Shown here piece after piece: positions 9,245 through 18,829 of a stretch of 64,000 bases of DNA. A program made the position numbers and the translations under genes. Position 1 is the stretch's first letter, and each line of letters opens with the position of its first letter. The notes below the pieces were generated by a model that had not been told where the DNA came from, did no database searches, and saw nothing but the letters and a program-made list of their open reading frames with translations. Source of the stretch: Bacteroidota bacterium (GTDB lineage: Bacteria; Bacteroidota; Bacteroidia; NS11-12g; UBA955); assembly GCA_018333525.1 (NCBI GenBank), contig JAGXTF010000058.1, positions 27,754 through 91,753 on the forward strand, given 5' to 3'.

Positions 9245-10216
9245 TTGCGAAACTTGGAGTTTAATAAATTATTGGAAGAAAATTGGGAATGGTTGCTGGC
9301 GGCAGCTGCAGTGACGTTTGGAATTCTGGTTAATTTAATCTGGAGGCGCAAACAGCGAAAAATTCTGAAAGGATTACAGCAAATTATTGAGGAAGAAAAA
9401 AATATTACCGGAGGAGATAAATTCAAAACTCCACGAGATGTGGAAGAAGCTTTGAAAACAGTTTTTAAAACCAGACAACAGGAAATGGAGCGTATGCGAA
9501 TGATGGAAACTTATCGCAGGGATTATATCGGCAATGTGGCGCATGAATTAAAAACACCCATTTTTACGATTCAGGGATATCTGGACAGTGCGGCAGATGA
9601 ATTGGAGGTTGAAAAGCCGGATATGCCAACCATCATTTCATTTTTAAACAAAGCACAGAAAAATACCGGCAGACTGGGACAAATAATTAATGATCTGGAT
9701 ACCATAACCAAATATGAAAGTGGTTTTCTTCAATTGGAATATGAAGCTTTTGATCTGCAGGAACTTGTAAGAGACGTTATAGAATCACTGGAAATACAGG
9801 CAGCAGAAAAACAAATTCATATTTACGATCATGCAATGGATTCGGGATATATGGTATGGGCAGACCGATTCAGAATCAGGCAGGTATTGATTAATTTGGG
9901 CTATAATTCTATTAAATATGGCAAACCAGGAGGTTATACCAAAATTCGCATCAGCAGGGCGGGAAATAAAGTTATCGTAGAAGTGGCTGACAATGGAATT
10001 GGTATTCCTGCCGAACATCTCAATAGAATTTTTGAGCGTTTTTATCGGGTTGAAAAAAGCAGAAGCAGGGCTAGTGGTGGTTCCGGGCTGGGTTTGAGTA
10101 TTTGTAAGCATATTATTGAAGCTCATGGTGAAACCATTTCAGTTTTGAGTACGGAAGGTGCAGGAAGTGTTTTTAGTTTTGGATTAAAAGCATATGAATC
10201 AGATTCAAATGGATAA
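9245..10216 (+). CDS. sensor histidine kinase (one transmembrane segment, HisKA and HATPase_c domains)
   Basis: H-box AHELKTP and G-box motifs (GGSGLGL). TTG start codon, with no in-frame ATG available upstream. No response regulator lies adjacent. Confidence 0.8.
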   Translation: MRNLEFNKLLEENWEWLLAAAAVTFGILVNLIWRRKQRKILKGLQQIIEEEKNITGGDKFKTPRDVEEALKTVFKTRQQEMERMRMMETYRRDYIGNVAHELKTPIFTIQGYLDSAADELEVEKPDMPTIISFLNKAQKNTGRLGQIINDLDTITKYESGFLQLEYEAFDLQELVRDVIESLEIQAAEKQIHIYDHAMDSGYMVWADRFRIRQVLINLGYNSIKYGKPGGYTKIRISRAGNKVIVEVADNGIGIPAEHLNRIFERFYRVEKSRSRASGGSGLGLSICKHIIEAHGETISVLSTEGAGSVFSFGLKAYESDSNG

Positions 10217-10322
10217 TAAGTTGTAAACCAAACAAATACTCTGACCTCCGTGGCCGACACCTAAAGCTGCTGTGAACAATAATTCCTTTAACCTGTTAAT
10301 GGCTTTAAGATGAAAGGTAAAT

Positions 10323-11624
10323 TTGCCCACCATTTTTTATTCGAAACACATGACTAAATCAAATAGCACCGGGCATGGAGTTTACAATCCGCTCGATAGT
10401 ATGATGAGTCGTTTTAATGAAGCGGCCCGAATTCTAGGTTTGGATGAACAAATTGCCAATGTGCTGAAATCTCCAGACAAATGCGTTATTGTCACAATGC
10501 CCATTACCATGGATGACGGCAGTATACGGGTATTTGAAGGGTATCGCGTAGTACATAGCGACCATCTTGGACCCGGTAAAGGCGGCATTCGTTATAGTAT
10601 GGACGTAAATCTGGATGAGGTAAAGGCGCTGGCCGCATGGATGACATGGAAATGTGCGGTGGTGAATATTCCTTTTGGCGGAGCCAAAGGTGGGGTGAAA
10701 TGTGATCCCCGCACCATGAGCAAAGGGGAGTTGGAAAGACTTACCCGTGGCTATACCAGAGCTATGGTGGATGTTTTTGGACCAGATAAAGATATACCCG
10801 CACCGGATATGGGCACAGGCCAACAGGAAATGGCCTGGATCGTGGATGAATACAGCAAGGTAAAAGGACAAAATTCACTGGCAGTGGTTACCGGAAAACC
10901 ACTGGTACTTGGTGGAAGTTTGGGAAGGGTAGAAGCCACAGGACGCGGAGTGATGATTACAGCGCGAAGTGCAATGGCTAAATTGGGAATGAAACCCACA
11001 CAGGTTACGTGTGTAGTGCAGGGATTTGGAAATGTAGGTTCTATATCAGCTAAATTACTTGCACAATTAGGAGTTAAGGTAGTTGGTATCAGCGATATAA
11101 GTGGAGGATTATACAATCCGAATGGAATTGATGTGTTAAAGGCTATTGAACATGTACAAAACCACGCAAGCCACACACTGGAAGGCTTTGCAGGCGGAGA
11201 ACGCATTGTGAACGGAGCTATTTTGGAGTTGCCATGCGATATTCTGGTACCTGCCGCAAAGGAGGATCAGATTACACCTGAAAATGCGGATAAAATCAAG
11301 GCAAAACTGATTGTGGAAGGAGCAAACGGACCAACCACCGCTGAAGCAGATCCCATTCTTCGTAAAAAGGGAATTCTGGTGGTACCGGATATTTTGGCAA
11401 ATGCAGGAGGTGTAACCGTTTCCTATTTTGAATGGGTACAAAACCGACTGGGTTATTACTGGACGGAAGAACGCGTGCATCGCAGAAGTGACAGGGTTTT
11501 AAAACAGGCATTTGATAATGTTTATGCTGCATCCGAAAAATATGGAGTAGATATGCGAATTGCGGCCTACATCGTTGCAATGGATAAAGTGGCAACCACA
11601 TTGAAACTGCGCGGATTATTCTGA
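10323..11624 (+). CDS. gdhA: NAD(P)-dependent glutamate dehydrogenase (Glu/Leu/Phe/Val dehydrogenase family)
   Basis: GPGKGGIRY and GGAKGG motifs in a ~430-aa protein. The true start may be the internal Met at 10350. Confidence 0.85.
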   Translation: MPTIFYSKHMTKSNSTGHGVYNPLDSMMSRFNEAARILGLDEQIANVLKSPDKCVIVTMPITMDDGSIRVFEGYRVVHSDHLGPGKGGIRYSMDVNLDEVKALAAWMTWKCAVVNIPFGGAKGGVKCDPRTMSKGELERLTRGYTRAMVDVFGPDKDIPAPDMGTGQQEMAWIVDEYSKVKGQNSLAVVTGKPLVLGGSLGRVEATGRGVMITARSAMAKLGMKPTQVTCVVQGFGNVGSISAKLLAQLGVKVVGISDISGGLYNPNGIDVLKAIEHVQNHASHTLEGFAGGERIVNGAILELPCDILVPAAKEDQITPENADKIKAKLIVEGANGPTTAEADPILRKKGILVVPDILANAGGVTVSYFEWVQNRLGYYWTEERVHRRSDRVLKQAFDNVYAASEKYGVDMRIAAYIVAMDKVATTLKLRGLF

Positions 11625-11689
11625 ATTTAACACTTATTATTACGCACAACTTTTAGGGGTATTTCCCCGGAAGTTATAATTTCGCGGCC

Positions 11690-12343
11690 ATGTCCATACA
11701 CCGCGAAGGATTTCGCATCATATTAACCGCAACCCTGCTACTGGGACTCTTGAATTTTGGCATCCATTCCTGGCTGGGTGAAGGAATTGTATTTAGCCTG
11801 ATATTGGCGGCATCATTAATTTTTTACATTCTTATTGTTCAGTTTTTCCGAAATCCTACAAGGGTAACACCAATTTCCAACCAACATATTATTGCACCGG
11901 CAGATGGAAAAGTTGTGGTAATTGAAGAGGTGGAAGAACCGGAATATTTTAAAGACAAACGCAGGCAAATAAGCATATTTATGTCGCCTTTAAATGTGCA
12001 TGTAAATCGTTATCCCATTTCGGGTAAGGTGGCTTACCAGAAATACTATCCCGGAAAATACCTTGTGGCCTGGCATCCAAAAAGCAGTACTGAAAATGAA
12101 AGAACTACGGTTGTTGTACAAGGTGAAAAGGGTGCCGTTTTGTTTCGCCAGATTGCCGGAGCAGTGGCACGCAGAATCATTTGTTATTCCAAGGAAAGCG
12201 CAGCGGCCACGCAGGGAAATGAATTCGGATTTATAAGGTTTGGAAGCAGAGTAGACATCTTTGTTCCTTTGGATTGCCAAGTAAATGTAAAACTTGGTGA
12301 AAAAACCGTTGGAGGGGAAACCATTCTTGCAGTTTATCCTTGA
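11690..12343 (+). CDS. psd: phosphatidylserine decarboxylase family protein
   Basis: A GFIRFGSRVD motif around the self-cleavage site, with N-terminal transmembrane helices. Confidence 0.8.
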   Translation: MSIHREGFRIILTATLLLGLLNFGIHSWLGEGIVFSLILAASLIFYILIVQFFRNPTRVTPISNQHIIAPADGKVVVIEEVEEPEYFKDKRRQISIFMSPLNVHVNRYPISGKVAYQKYYPGKYLVAWHPKSSTENERTTVVVQGEKGAVLFRQIAGAVARRIICYSKESAAATQGNEFGFIRFGSRVDIFVPLDCQVNVKLGEKTVGGETILAVYP

Positions 12344-12385
12344 TTTGGTATTATATTTGTTCTTATAATTCTGAATCATACAAAC

Positions 12386-12772
12386 ATGAAGAAATTTTTT
12401 ATATTCTCGATTGCCATGACCGGTTTTGCAATTGCTGCAAGCGCTCAGGCATCTGCTACTCAGCCATCAACGCCAAGTGGAACAGAGGTTAAACCTGCTG
12501 TTGAAGTAAAGGCAAATGAAGGTGGTGCGCAGGCCCAACAACCTGCGAATGCTGAAGTTAAAAAAGAATGTGCAGGTCACGGAACAGGTGGTTGCTCAAA
12601 GGCAGGCACAGCTAAATCATGCTGCAAAGCCAGCAAGGGCGCTGCATCTGCTACCGCAGATTCCGGTGATAAAAATACTGCTGCTGCTGACAAAAAGAAG
12701 TCAGAAAGTTGCAAAAGCGGAGAACACAAAGACTGCTGCAAAAAGAAAGCAGAAGCAAAAAGTGGCTCCTGA
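12386..12772 (+). CDS. small secreted Cys/Lys-rich low-complexity protein (possible metal-binding protein)
   Basis: Sec signal peptide (MKKFFIFSIAMTGFAIAASAQA). The predicted mature part has 8 Cys in C-x8-C, CC and DCC clusters within a Lys/Ala-rich matrix. A strong terminator follows. Confidence 0.5.
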   Translation: MKKFFIFSIAMTGFAIAASAQASATQPSTPSGTEVKPAVEVKANEGGAQAQQPANAEVKKECAGHGTGGCSKAGTAKSCCKASKGAASATADSGDKNTAAADKKKSESCKSGEHKDCCKKKAEAKSGS

Positions 12773-12790
12773 TTGAATGTTAATCCTGAT

Positions 12791-12820
12791 AAATCCCTTT
12801 CGAAAGAAAGGGATTTTTTT
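12791..12820 (+). terminator. rho-independent terminator
   Basis: The stem AAATCCCTTT/AAAGGGATTT pairs perfectly around the loop CGAAAG and is followed by TTTTTTT. Confidence 0.65.
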
Positions 12821-12859
12821 GTGTCATATTGACGCTTCTGTTGTTGATTTGCAAATCCA

Positions 12860-13723
12860 ATGTCTTTCAAAAGAACTGCCATTAGTCTTATTACCATTGC
12901 ATTGGTTACAGCCGGTGTTGCAGCGGTTTACCTTTGGTACAACTTCAATTCACGCAGCAACCTGATTACGGTAGTGCCAATGGATTGCAAATGGTACTAC
13001 CATATTCAAACCAAAGAAATCCGAAATAAAACTTCCGATTCAAAGCCGAAATACCTGGATAGTATTGCAAAATCCATTAAAAACTTACCGGCTTTTAGAA
13101 ATGTGAAAGATCCGGGAGATGTTGGAATTTCATTGTATTCAGACATTATTTTGTTTGAGAATTCAAGGGGAAGATATTTGGTTTTATCGGTAACTTCTGA
13201 GCAAAAATTGCAACATTTTTTCACCGAAATTTTGCCTAAAAATTTTACGGGAGGTTTAACCAAATCGGCGAGTTGTAATTTTGCAAAGGCGGATGGAAAG
13301 AATTTGTATTTTGCCTTTAAACACAAGGCTTTTGTTGTGTTTGAACCATTTGACACCACGGATAATTTGCAAAATATTGAAAATGGAATTGCGGTGGTTT
13401 TTGAAGAAAAAAGCAAAGCACCAATCACCTCTCTTCCTGTTGTACAATTCTTATATGAAAACGATTGCGATATTGTTTTCTATTCAAATAAAAACAAGAG
13501 TTTTCCCACGCATGGAATTCAAATAAAAAACAATGCAGTTTTGTTCTCAGAAAATACGAAATACGGTTTTAAAAATTACAAAAACAGGTATGTTCCCTTC
13601 CAGATAGTTGAACAAAATCTATTACAAAAAACAGGAATAAAACCGCAACGGAACGAAAATGAAAAATACCTGGATCAAACCATGAGCCTGTTTAATTTGT
13701 TAATTAAAAATTATTGGAAATGA
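12860..13723 (+). CDS. hypothetical protein with an N-terminal transmembrane anchor
   Basis: One N-terminal hydrophobic helix, no recognisable motif. The 3' end overlaps the next gene by 10 bp. Confidence 0.45.
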   Translation: MSFKRTAISLITIALVTAGVAAVYLWYNFNSRSNLITVVPMDCKWYYHIQTKEIRNKTSDSKPKYLDSIAKSIKNLPAFRNVKDPGDVGISLYSDIILFENSRGRYLVLSVTSEQKLQHFFTEILPKNFTGGLTKSASCNFAKADGKNLYFAFKHKAFVVFEPFDTTDNLQNIENGIAVVFEEKSKAPITSLPVVQFLYENDCDIVFYSNKNKSFPTHGIQIKNNAVLFSENTKYGFKNYKNRYVPFQIVEQNLLQKTGIKPQRNENEKYLDQTMSLFNLLIKNYWK

Positions 13724-14733
13724 ACATAGACGCACAATTAAGAAAAATACTTTCGGAAAGAATAATGGTGATTGACGGAGCCATGGGCACCATGATTCAA
13801 AAACGCAAACCAACCGAAGAGCAATACAGAGGCGAGCGTTTTAGCAATTTTCAGCATTCTCTGAAGGGCAATAATGACCTGTTGGTTATAACGCAACCGG
13901 ATTGGATTTTAGAAATTCACCACGAATTTTTAGAATCGGGTGCGGATATTATAGAAACCAATACATTCAATGCGAATCGCATTTCCATGGAAGATTACCA
14001 TTTGGTGGATTTGGTTCGGGAATTGAATCTGGAAGCTGCCCAAATTGCCAGAAAGGCAGCAGATAAATACACTTCCAAAAATCCGGCGAAACCGCGATTT
14101 GTTGCGGGTGCAATGGGTCCAACAAATCGCACCGCAAGTATTAGTCCGGATGTGAACAATCCCGGTTTCAGAGCCGTGGATTTTGATACACTCAGGGCTT
14201 GTTACAGGGAACAGGCAGAGGCATTAATAGATGGGGGTGTAGATATTCTCCTCATTGAAACAAGCTTTGATACTTTGAATGCCAAGGCCGCTTTGTATGC
14301 AGTAAATGAGTTGAAGGATGAACGAGGTCTGGATATTCCCGTGATGGTAAGTGGAACGATTACGGATAATTCCGGCCGCACACTAAGCGGACAAACCCCT
14401 GAAGCATTTTGGAATTCTCTTTCCCATGGCGAATTGCTGAGTATTGGTTTAAACTGTGCTCTGGGAGCCGATCAGATGCGTCCTTATATAGAAGAATTGA
14501 GCAATGTAGCCTGGGTTTATGTAAGCTGTTATCCAAATGCAGGCCTTCCAAATGAATTTGGAGAATACGATGATACCCCTGAACACATGGCTTCTGTTTT
14601 TGATGAATGGTGCCAGGCCGGGTTGGTAAATATTGCGGGGGGTTGTTGTGGAACAACACCTGCTCACATTGCAGCTATTGCAAAAGTTGTAGCGAAGTAT
14701 GCGCCACGGGCGGTTCCGCAACTTGTAGACTGA
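13714..14733 (+). CDS. homocysteine S-methyltransferase domain protein (stand-alone MetH N-terminal Hcy-binding module)
   Basis: The C-terminus [34 protein letters not shown] closely matches the end of the MetH homocysteine-binding domain. The protein stops there, and no pterin, B12 or AdoMet domains lie downstream. Confidence 0.8.
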   Translation: MEMNIDAQLRKILSERIMVIDGAMGTMIQKRKPTEEQYRGERFSNFQHSLKGNNDLLVITQPDWILEIHHEFLESGADIIETNTFNANRISMEDYHLVDLVRELNLEAAQIARKAADKYTSKNPAKPRFVAGAMGPTNRTASISPDVNNPGFRAVDFDTLRACYREQAEALIDGGVDILLIETSFDTLNAKAALYAVNELKDERGLDIPVMVSGTITDNSGRTLSGQTPEAFWNSLSHGELLSIGLNCALGADQMRPYIEELSNVAWVYVSCYPNAGLPNEFGEYDDTPEHMASVFDEWCQAGLVNIAGGCCGTTPAHIAAIAKVVAKYAPRAVPQLVD

Positions 14734-14788
14734 TATTTTTTTCACTGGGAATTTGTGCCATAAAATATTACCTTTGCGGGTTCATAAA

Positions 14789-15892
14789 ATGGCTGACGTA
14801 CAAACCCTGAACACACACTCAACCACCTTTGAAATTTTTGCAGGTCTTGAGAATACCGATCACGAGCAAATCGTATTTTGCCAGGATAACGCCACAGGTC
14901 TAAAGGCAATTATCGCTGTGCACAACACAGTGCTGGGCCCAGGACTTGGTGGAACCCGAATGTGGATGTACGCCCATGAAAAGGATGCCATCAGAGATGC
15001 CATGCGTTTATCGCGCGGTATGACTTACAAAGCATCTGTTGCAGGTTTAAATCTGGGTGGTGCAAAAGCCGTTATCATCGGCGATCCCCGTACCCAAAAA
15101 TCAGAACCGCTGATGCGCAAGTTTGGTCGTTTTGTAGAGAACCTCAGTGGCAAATATATCACTGCAGAAGACGTGGGAACTACCACCCGCGATATGGAAT
15201 ATGTAAAAATGGAAACCGACCATGTGGTTGGACTTCCTGAGATCATGGGCGGTGGCGGAGATCCTTCTCCGGTTACAGCTTATGGTACCTATATGGGAAT
15301 CAAGGCTTCAGCAAATGCTGCATGGGGCAACGATAGCCTTAACGGTAAATCCATTGCAGTAATGGGAATAGGTAAAGTTGGCATGCATCTGGTGGAATAC
15401 CTGCACAAAGAAGGTGCCCAGATTTATGTTTCCGATATCAATGATAGTGCTTTAAAAGAAGCGGCAAATAATTTCAATGCGATTCCTGTATCCGGGGAAG
15501 ATATGGTTGATCTGAATGTGGATATTTTTGCTCCTTGTGCTTTGGGTGGAATTTTAAACAGCGATACTATCGAGCGTTTAAAATGCCAGATTATTGCCGG
15601 AGCCGCCAATAATCAACTGGAAGATGAGCTGGTGCATGGCAATTTGTTGCGCAGCAAAGGGATTTATTATGCTCCTGATTTTGTAATCAATGCAGGTGGT
15701 TTGATTAATGTTTACAGCGAATACACGGGTTATATCCGTGAAAAAGCGTTCGCACAGACAGAGAATATTTACAATACCATTTTAAATATTTACAAAACCT
15801 CTGCCGATGAAAATATCAATACACAAATGGCTGCAATTGCCGTTGCTGAAAAGCGCATTCAGGATATGATGCGCGTACACAGTACCTATTGA
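14789..15892 (+). CDS. leucine (Leu/Phe/Val) dehydrogenase, Glu/Leu/Phe/Val dehydrogenase family
   Basis: The GPGLGGTRMW and GLNLGGAKAVIIGD motifs and a ~365-aa size are typical of leucine dehydrogenase. The start was set at MADVQT (ATG at 14789). Confidence 0.8.
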   Translation: MADVQTLNTHSTTFEIFAGLENTDHEQIVFCQDNATGLKAIIAVHNTVLGPGLGGTRMWMYAHEKDAIRDAMRLSRGMTYKASVAGLNLGGAKAVIIGDPRTQKSEPLMRKFGRFVENLSGKYITAEDVGTTTRDMEYVKMETDHVVGLPEIMGGGGDPSPVTAYGTYMGIKASANAAWGNDSLNGKSIAVMGIGKVGMHLVEYLHKEGAQIYVSDINDSALKEAANNFNAIPVSGEDMVDLNVDIFAPCALGGILNSDTIERLKCQIIAGAANNQLEDELVHGNLLRSKGIYYAPDFVINAGGLINVYSEYTGYIREKAFAQTENIYNTILNIYKTSADENINTQMAAIAVAEKRIQDMMRVHSTY

Positions 15893-15985
15893 TATTCACT
15901 TAAATAGTATTATTCCTGTTTTAATTCTAAGAATTCGCATTGCGCATTTGATTTCTTCCGGCGCAATTCTCTTATATTCGCTCAG

Positions 15986-17470
15986 TTGCAGTTTCGATAT
16001 CTGAATATAAAGAACAGCAGTGCTGTTTTGTATGTGCTTGGCCTTGGGCTGCTGCTTTACATCTGGATTTGGTCCAGGGCAGAATGGCCTGCCGGTGGGC
16101 AAGATAGTTGGAACCATTTGCTCTATGCGCGTTGGAGCGTAAAACATCCTGAACTGATGTTGGACCAGTGGGGCAAACCATTTTTCACCATACCGGCAAT
16201 TCCTTTTTCATTTTTTGGAATTCAGGGTTTATATGTTTTTAATATGATATGCATTCTGGGTGCGGGCTGGATCATTTACCTCACCGCCAGAAAACTGGGA
16301 ATGCGCCTCCCATGGATGGCCACCGTTTTTTTTATTTTTCAACCCATTGTTTTTGGAAATGTAATCTCGGGATTAACCGAGCCCATTAATGCACTTGCAG
16401 TTGCTTACATCTGTTATTTATATGCAGGAAAGAGAAATACCGCTGCAACTATTTTGGCTTCATTTTTACCATTTTTCAGGTCTGAAGGATTCGTGCTTTT
16501 GGCCGCGGTTTTTGTTTATTTGGTGGCACGCCGATACTGGAAACAACTACCTCTCCTGCTTACCGGGTCAGTAGTATTTATTCTCATAGCCGGATTTATT
16601 ACCGGAAGCTGGACCTGGATAGTGGATCAAAATCCATATTTAAAATTTGAAAGTAAAGGAGAATTTAATCCGGGTCATGGAGACTTTTTTTATTATACCC
16701 ATAAATACCAGCACATAACCGGATTGGTAATTTCTGCATTACTTTTAATTGCATTTATTTATCTGGCAAGCCATGTGGTATATTTACTGAAGCGCAGAAC
16801 CCCCGAAGAAAAAAGCCGATTTTCTTTTTGGTTATTGGCACCACTTTTTCTTTCCTTTTTTTTAGCACATTCTTATATCTGGTGGAAAGGTTCCATGGGT
16901 TCGCACGGACTTACAAGGGTGTTTCTGGTTGTTGCTCCCTGTGCGGCTTTGCTGGCATTGTATGCATTAGACAAATTGCTCTCCTATGATCTGAGATATG
17001 TAAATAAATCCTTGCCAGTTTTACTGGTTATTTTATGCATTAAATTATCATTTAACGGTGCTGTTTATCCTTATCCATGGCAATCGGGTCCTGCCATTCC
17101 GGGCTATGGAGCCGATGAAAACCTGGATAAAGCATTTGCGTTTATTAAAGAAAATCATCTGGAAAATAAACCTGTAATTCACCAAATGCCATTTATCAAT
17201 GCGCAGCAGGGATGGGACCCCTGGGCAGATCCGAAACAGACAAAAACATTTTATATCTGGAGTTTAAACCGGGATCCAAAAAAAGACTGGCTGCCCGATT
17301 CTTCCATATTAATTTGGGATGGATGGCATGCACTGCGCGATGCACCTATGCCCTTGGATACGCTTCGGCATCTTCCGCATTACAAAGAAATTGCAGAGTT
17401 TCCTGCTAAAGATTCTATTTATTCGGTGCATATTTTTCTGAAAACTCCGAATCTGAAATTAAGTAATTAG
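15986..17470 (+). CDS. large polytopic membrane protein, possible GT-C-type glycosyltransferase (ArnT/PMT-like)
   Basis: About 10 predicted transmembrane segments plus a C-terminal soluble domain. The family call is weak, and the start is uncertain. Confidence 0.4.
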   Translation: MQFRYLNIKNSSAVLYVLGLGLLLYIWIWSRAEWPAGGQDSWNHLLYARWSVKHPELMLDQWGKPFFTIPAIPFSFFGIQGLYVFNMICILGAGWIIYLTARKLGMRLPWMATVFFIFQPIVFGNVISGLTEPINALAVAYICYLYAGKRNTAATILASFLPFFRSEGFVLLAAVFVYLVARRYWKQLPLLLTGSVVFILIAGFITGSWTWIVDQNPYLKFESKGEFNPGHGDFFYYTHKYQHITGLVISALLLIAFIYLASHVVYLLKRRTPEEKSRFSFWLLAPLFLSFFLAHSYIWWKGSMGSHGLTRVFLVVAPCAALLALYALDKLLSYDLRYVNKSLPVLLVILCIKLSFNGAVYPYPWQSGPAIPGYGADENLDKAFAFIKENHLENKPVIHQMPFINAQQGWDPWADPKQTKTFYIWSLNRDPKKDWLPDSSILIWDGWHALRDAPMPLDTLRHLPHYKEIAEFPAKDSIYSVHIFLKTPNLKLSN

Positions 17471-17501
17471 AAATTATTTTCCAGAAATATTTTAGAATAT
17501 A

Positions 17502-18788
17502 TTATTTTCCAAACTCTGTTTTCACCGCTTCTACAAAGGCTTCTACATCTTTTTTTAATGTGTAAATATGCGGAGTTACTCTTACCCCATTCACTGCTTT
17601 TGTTGAAATTGCCACAGTAAATATCTGGTGTTTTTCCATGAGTATTTTGGATACATGTTCCGGTGAATGTCCCCTTACTGCAAATGTCGCAATTGCGCTA
17701 TTCCGCTTATCATCTTCCCAGGGTGTGAGTATGGAAATTCCAGGAATTTTGGACAATTCTTCGCACCACAATTGCATCAAATATTTCAACCGTTTTACTT
17801 TTAATTCTCCTCCAATTTCATTGTGAAATTCAATGGCCGGTTTTATGGATTCCAAAGATTGAATGGCTCGTGTTCCCTGATGTTCGAACTTTTGAATTTT
17901 GGTAATAGGATAATCACTATCACCCATTAATGGCCAAATCAACGGAATTTTATTTCCTTTCATCCACAAAAATCCAGTTCCCAAAGGACAGCACAGCCAT
18001 TTGTGCAAACTTCCCGCAACATAATCAGCGCCAAAATCTTCAATGGAAAATGGTATGTGAGCGATGCTGTGCGCACAATCTACGGCAACTTCAATTTTCC
18101 GCATTTTGGCTTCTTTTACAATTCTCTTTACCGGAATAACCTGCCCTGAAATATTGATTAAATGGGTGAGGTGAATGAGTCTGGTTTTTTTGGTAACCAG
18201 TTTCATATATGCATTTACAATATCGTCGTCACCGGCCGGTTGAAGCGGAACTTCAGCGACTTTTATTTTGATTTTATGTCTGAATGCCGCCTGTGTAAAA
18301 GCGGCAACCATGCTGCCATAATCCTGATTTCCGATAATGACTTCATCCCCGCTTTTCCAGGGATAACCTGAGATTACGGTATTCAAACTTTCGGTAGTGT
18401 TTCTGGTTATTGCAAGTTCTTCTGTTTTTACCTGCAAAAAACCCGCGAGATTATTTCGCACTTCTTCCAAAATTTCTGCCAACTCAACCCGCATGTAATG
18501 AGAAGTTCTGGAGTTGATATAATTTTCGCGCTGCTGATGAAAATACAGCGTAGAAATAGGCTGTGGGCTGAAATACCCATTTTCCAGATTGATGAAATCT
18601 GTGGGTACTGAAAAGAATTTTCGAATGCTGTTCCAATAAGATTCATCTTGTACCAAATCCTCTGGGGATTTATTGGTTTTCGGAAATTTTGGAACAGATT
18701 TTCCGGAATTGGTTGAAGGTAATATCCATGTTGCTCCGGCTGCCAATGCAGTTTTACCGGAATCTTGAATAAATTGCCTGCGGCGCAT
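17502..18788 (-). CDS. class V aminotransferase-fold PLP enzyme with a twin-arginine (Tat) signal
   Basis: N-terminal RRRQFIQDSGKTALAAGA Tat motif. The body resembles isopenicillin-N epimerase or cysteine desulfurase-like class V enzymes. Confidence 0.75.
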   Translation of the reverse strand: MRRRQFIQDSGKTALAAGATWILPSTNSGKSVPKFPKTNKSPEDLVQDESYWNSIRKFFSVPTDFINLENGYFSPQPISTLYFHQQRENYINSRTSHYMRVELAEILEEVRNNLAGFLQVKTEELAITRNTTESLNTVISGYPWKSGDEVIIGNQDYGSMVAAFTQAAFRHKIKIKVAEVPLQPAGDDDIVNAYMKLVTKKTRLIHLTHLINISGQVIPVKRIVKEAKMRKIEVAVDCAHSIAHIPFSIEDFGADYVAGSLHKWLCCPLGTGFLWMKGNKIPLIWPLMGDSDYPITKIQKFEHQGTRAIQSLESIKPAIEFHNEIGGELKVKRLKYLMQLWCEELSKIPGISILTPWEDDKRNSAIATFAVRGHSPEHVSKILMEKHQIFTVAISTKAVNGVRVTPHIYTLKKDVEAFVEAVKTEFGK

Positions 18789-18829
18789 TTTGGCAATTTA
18801 CAAAGTAAATTTTAGGAAGTGGGTATTAT

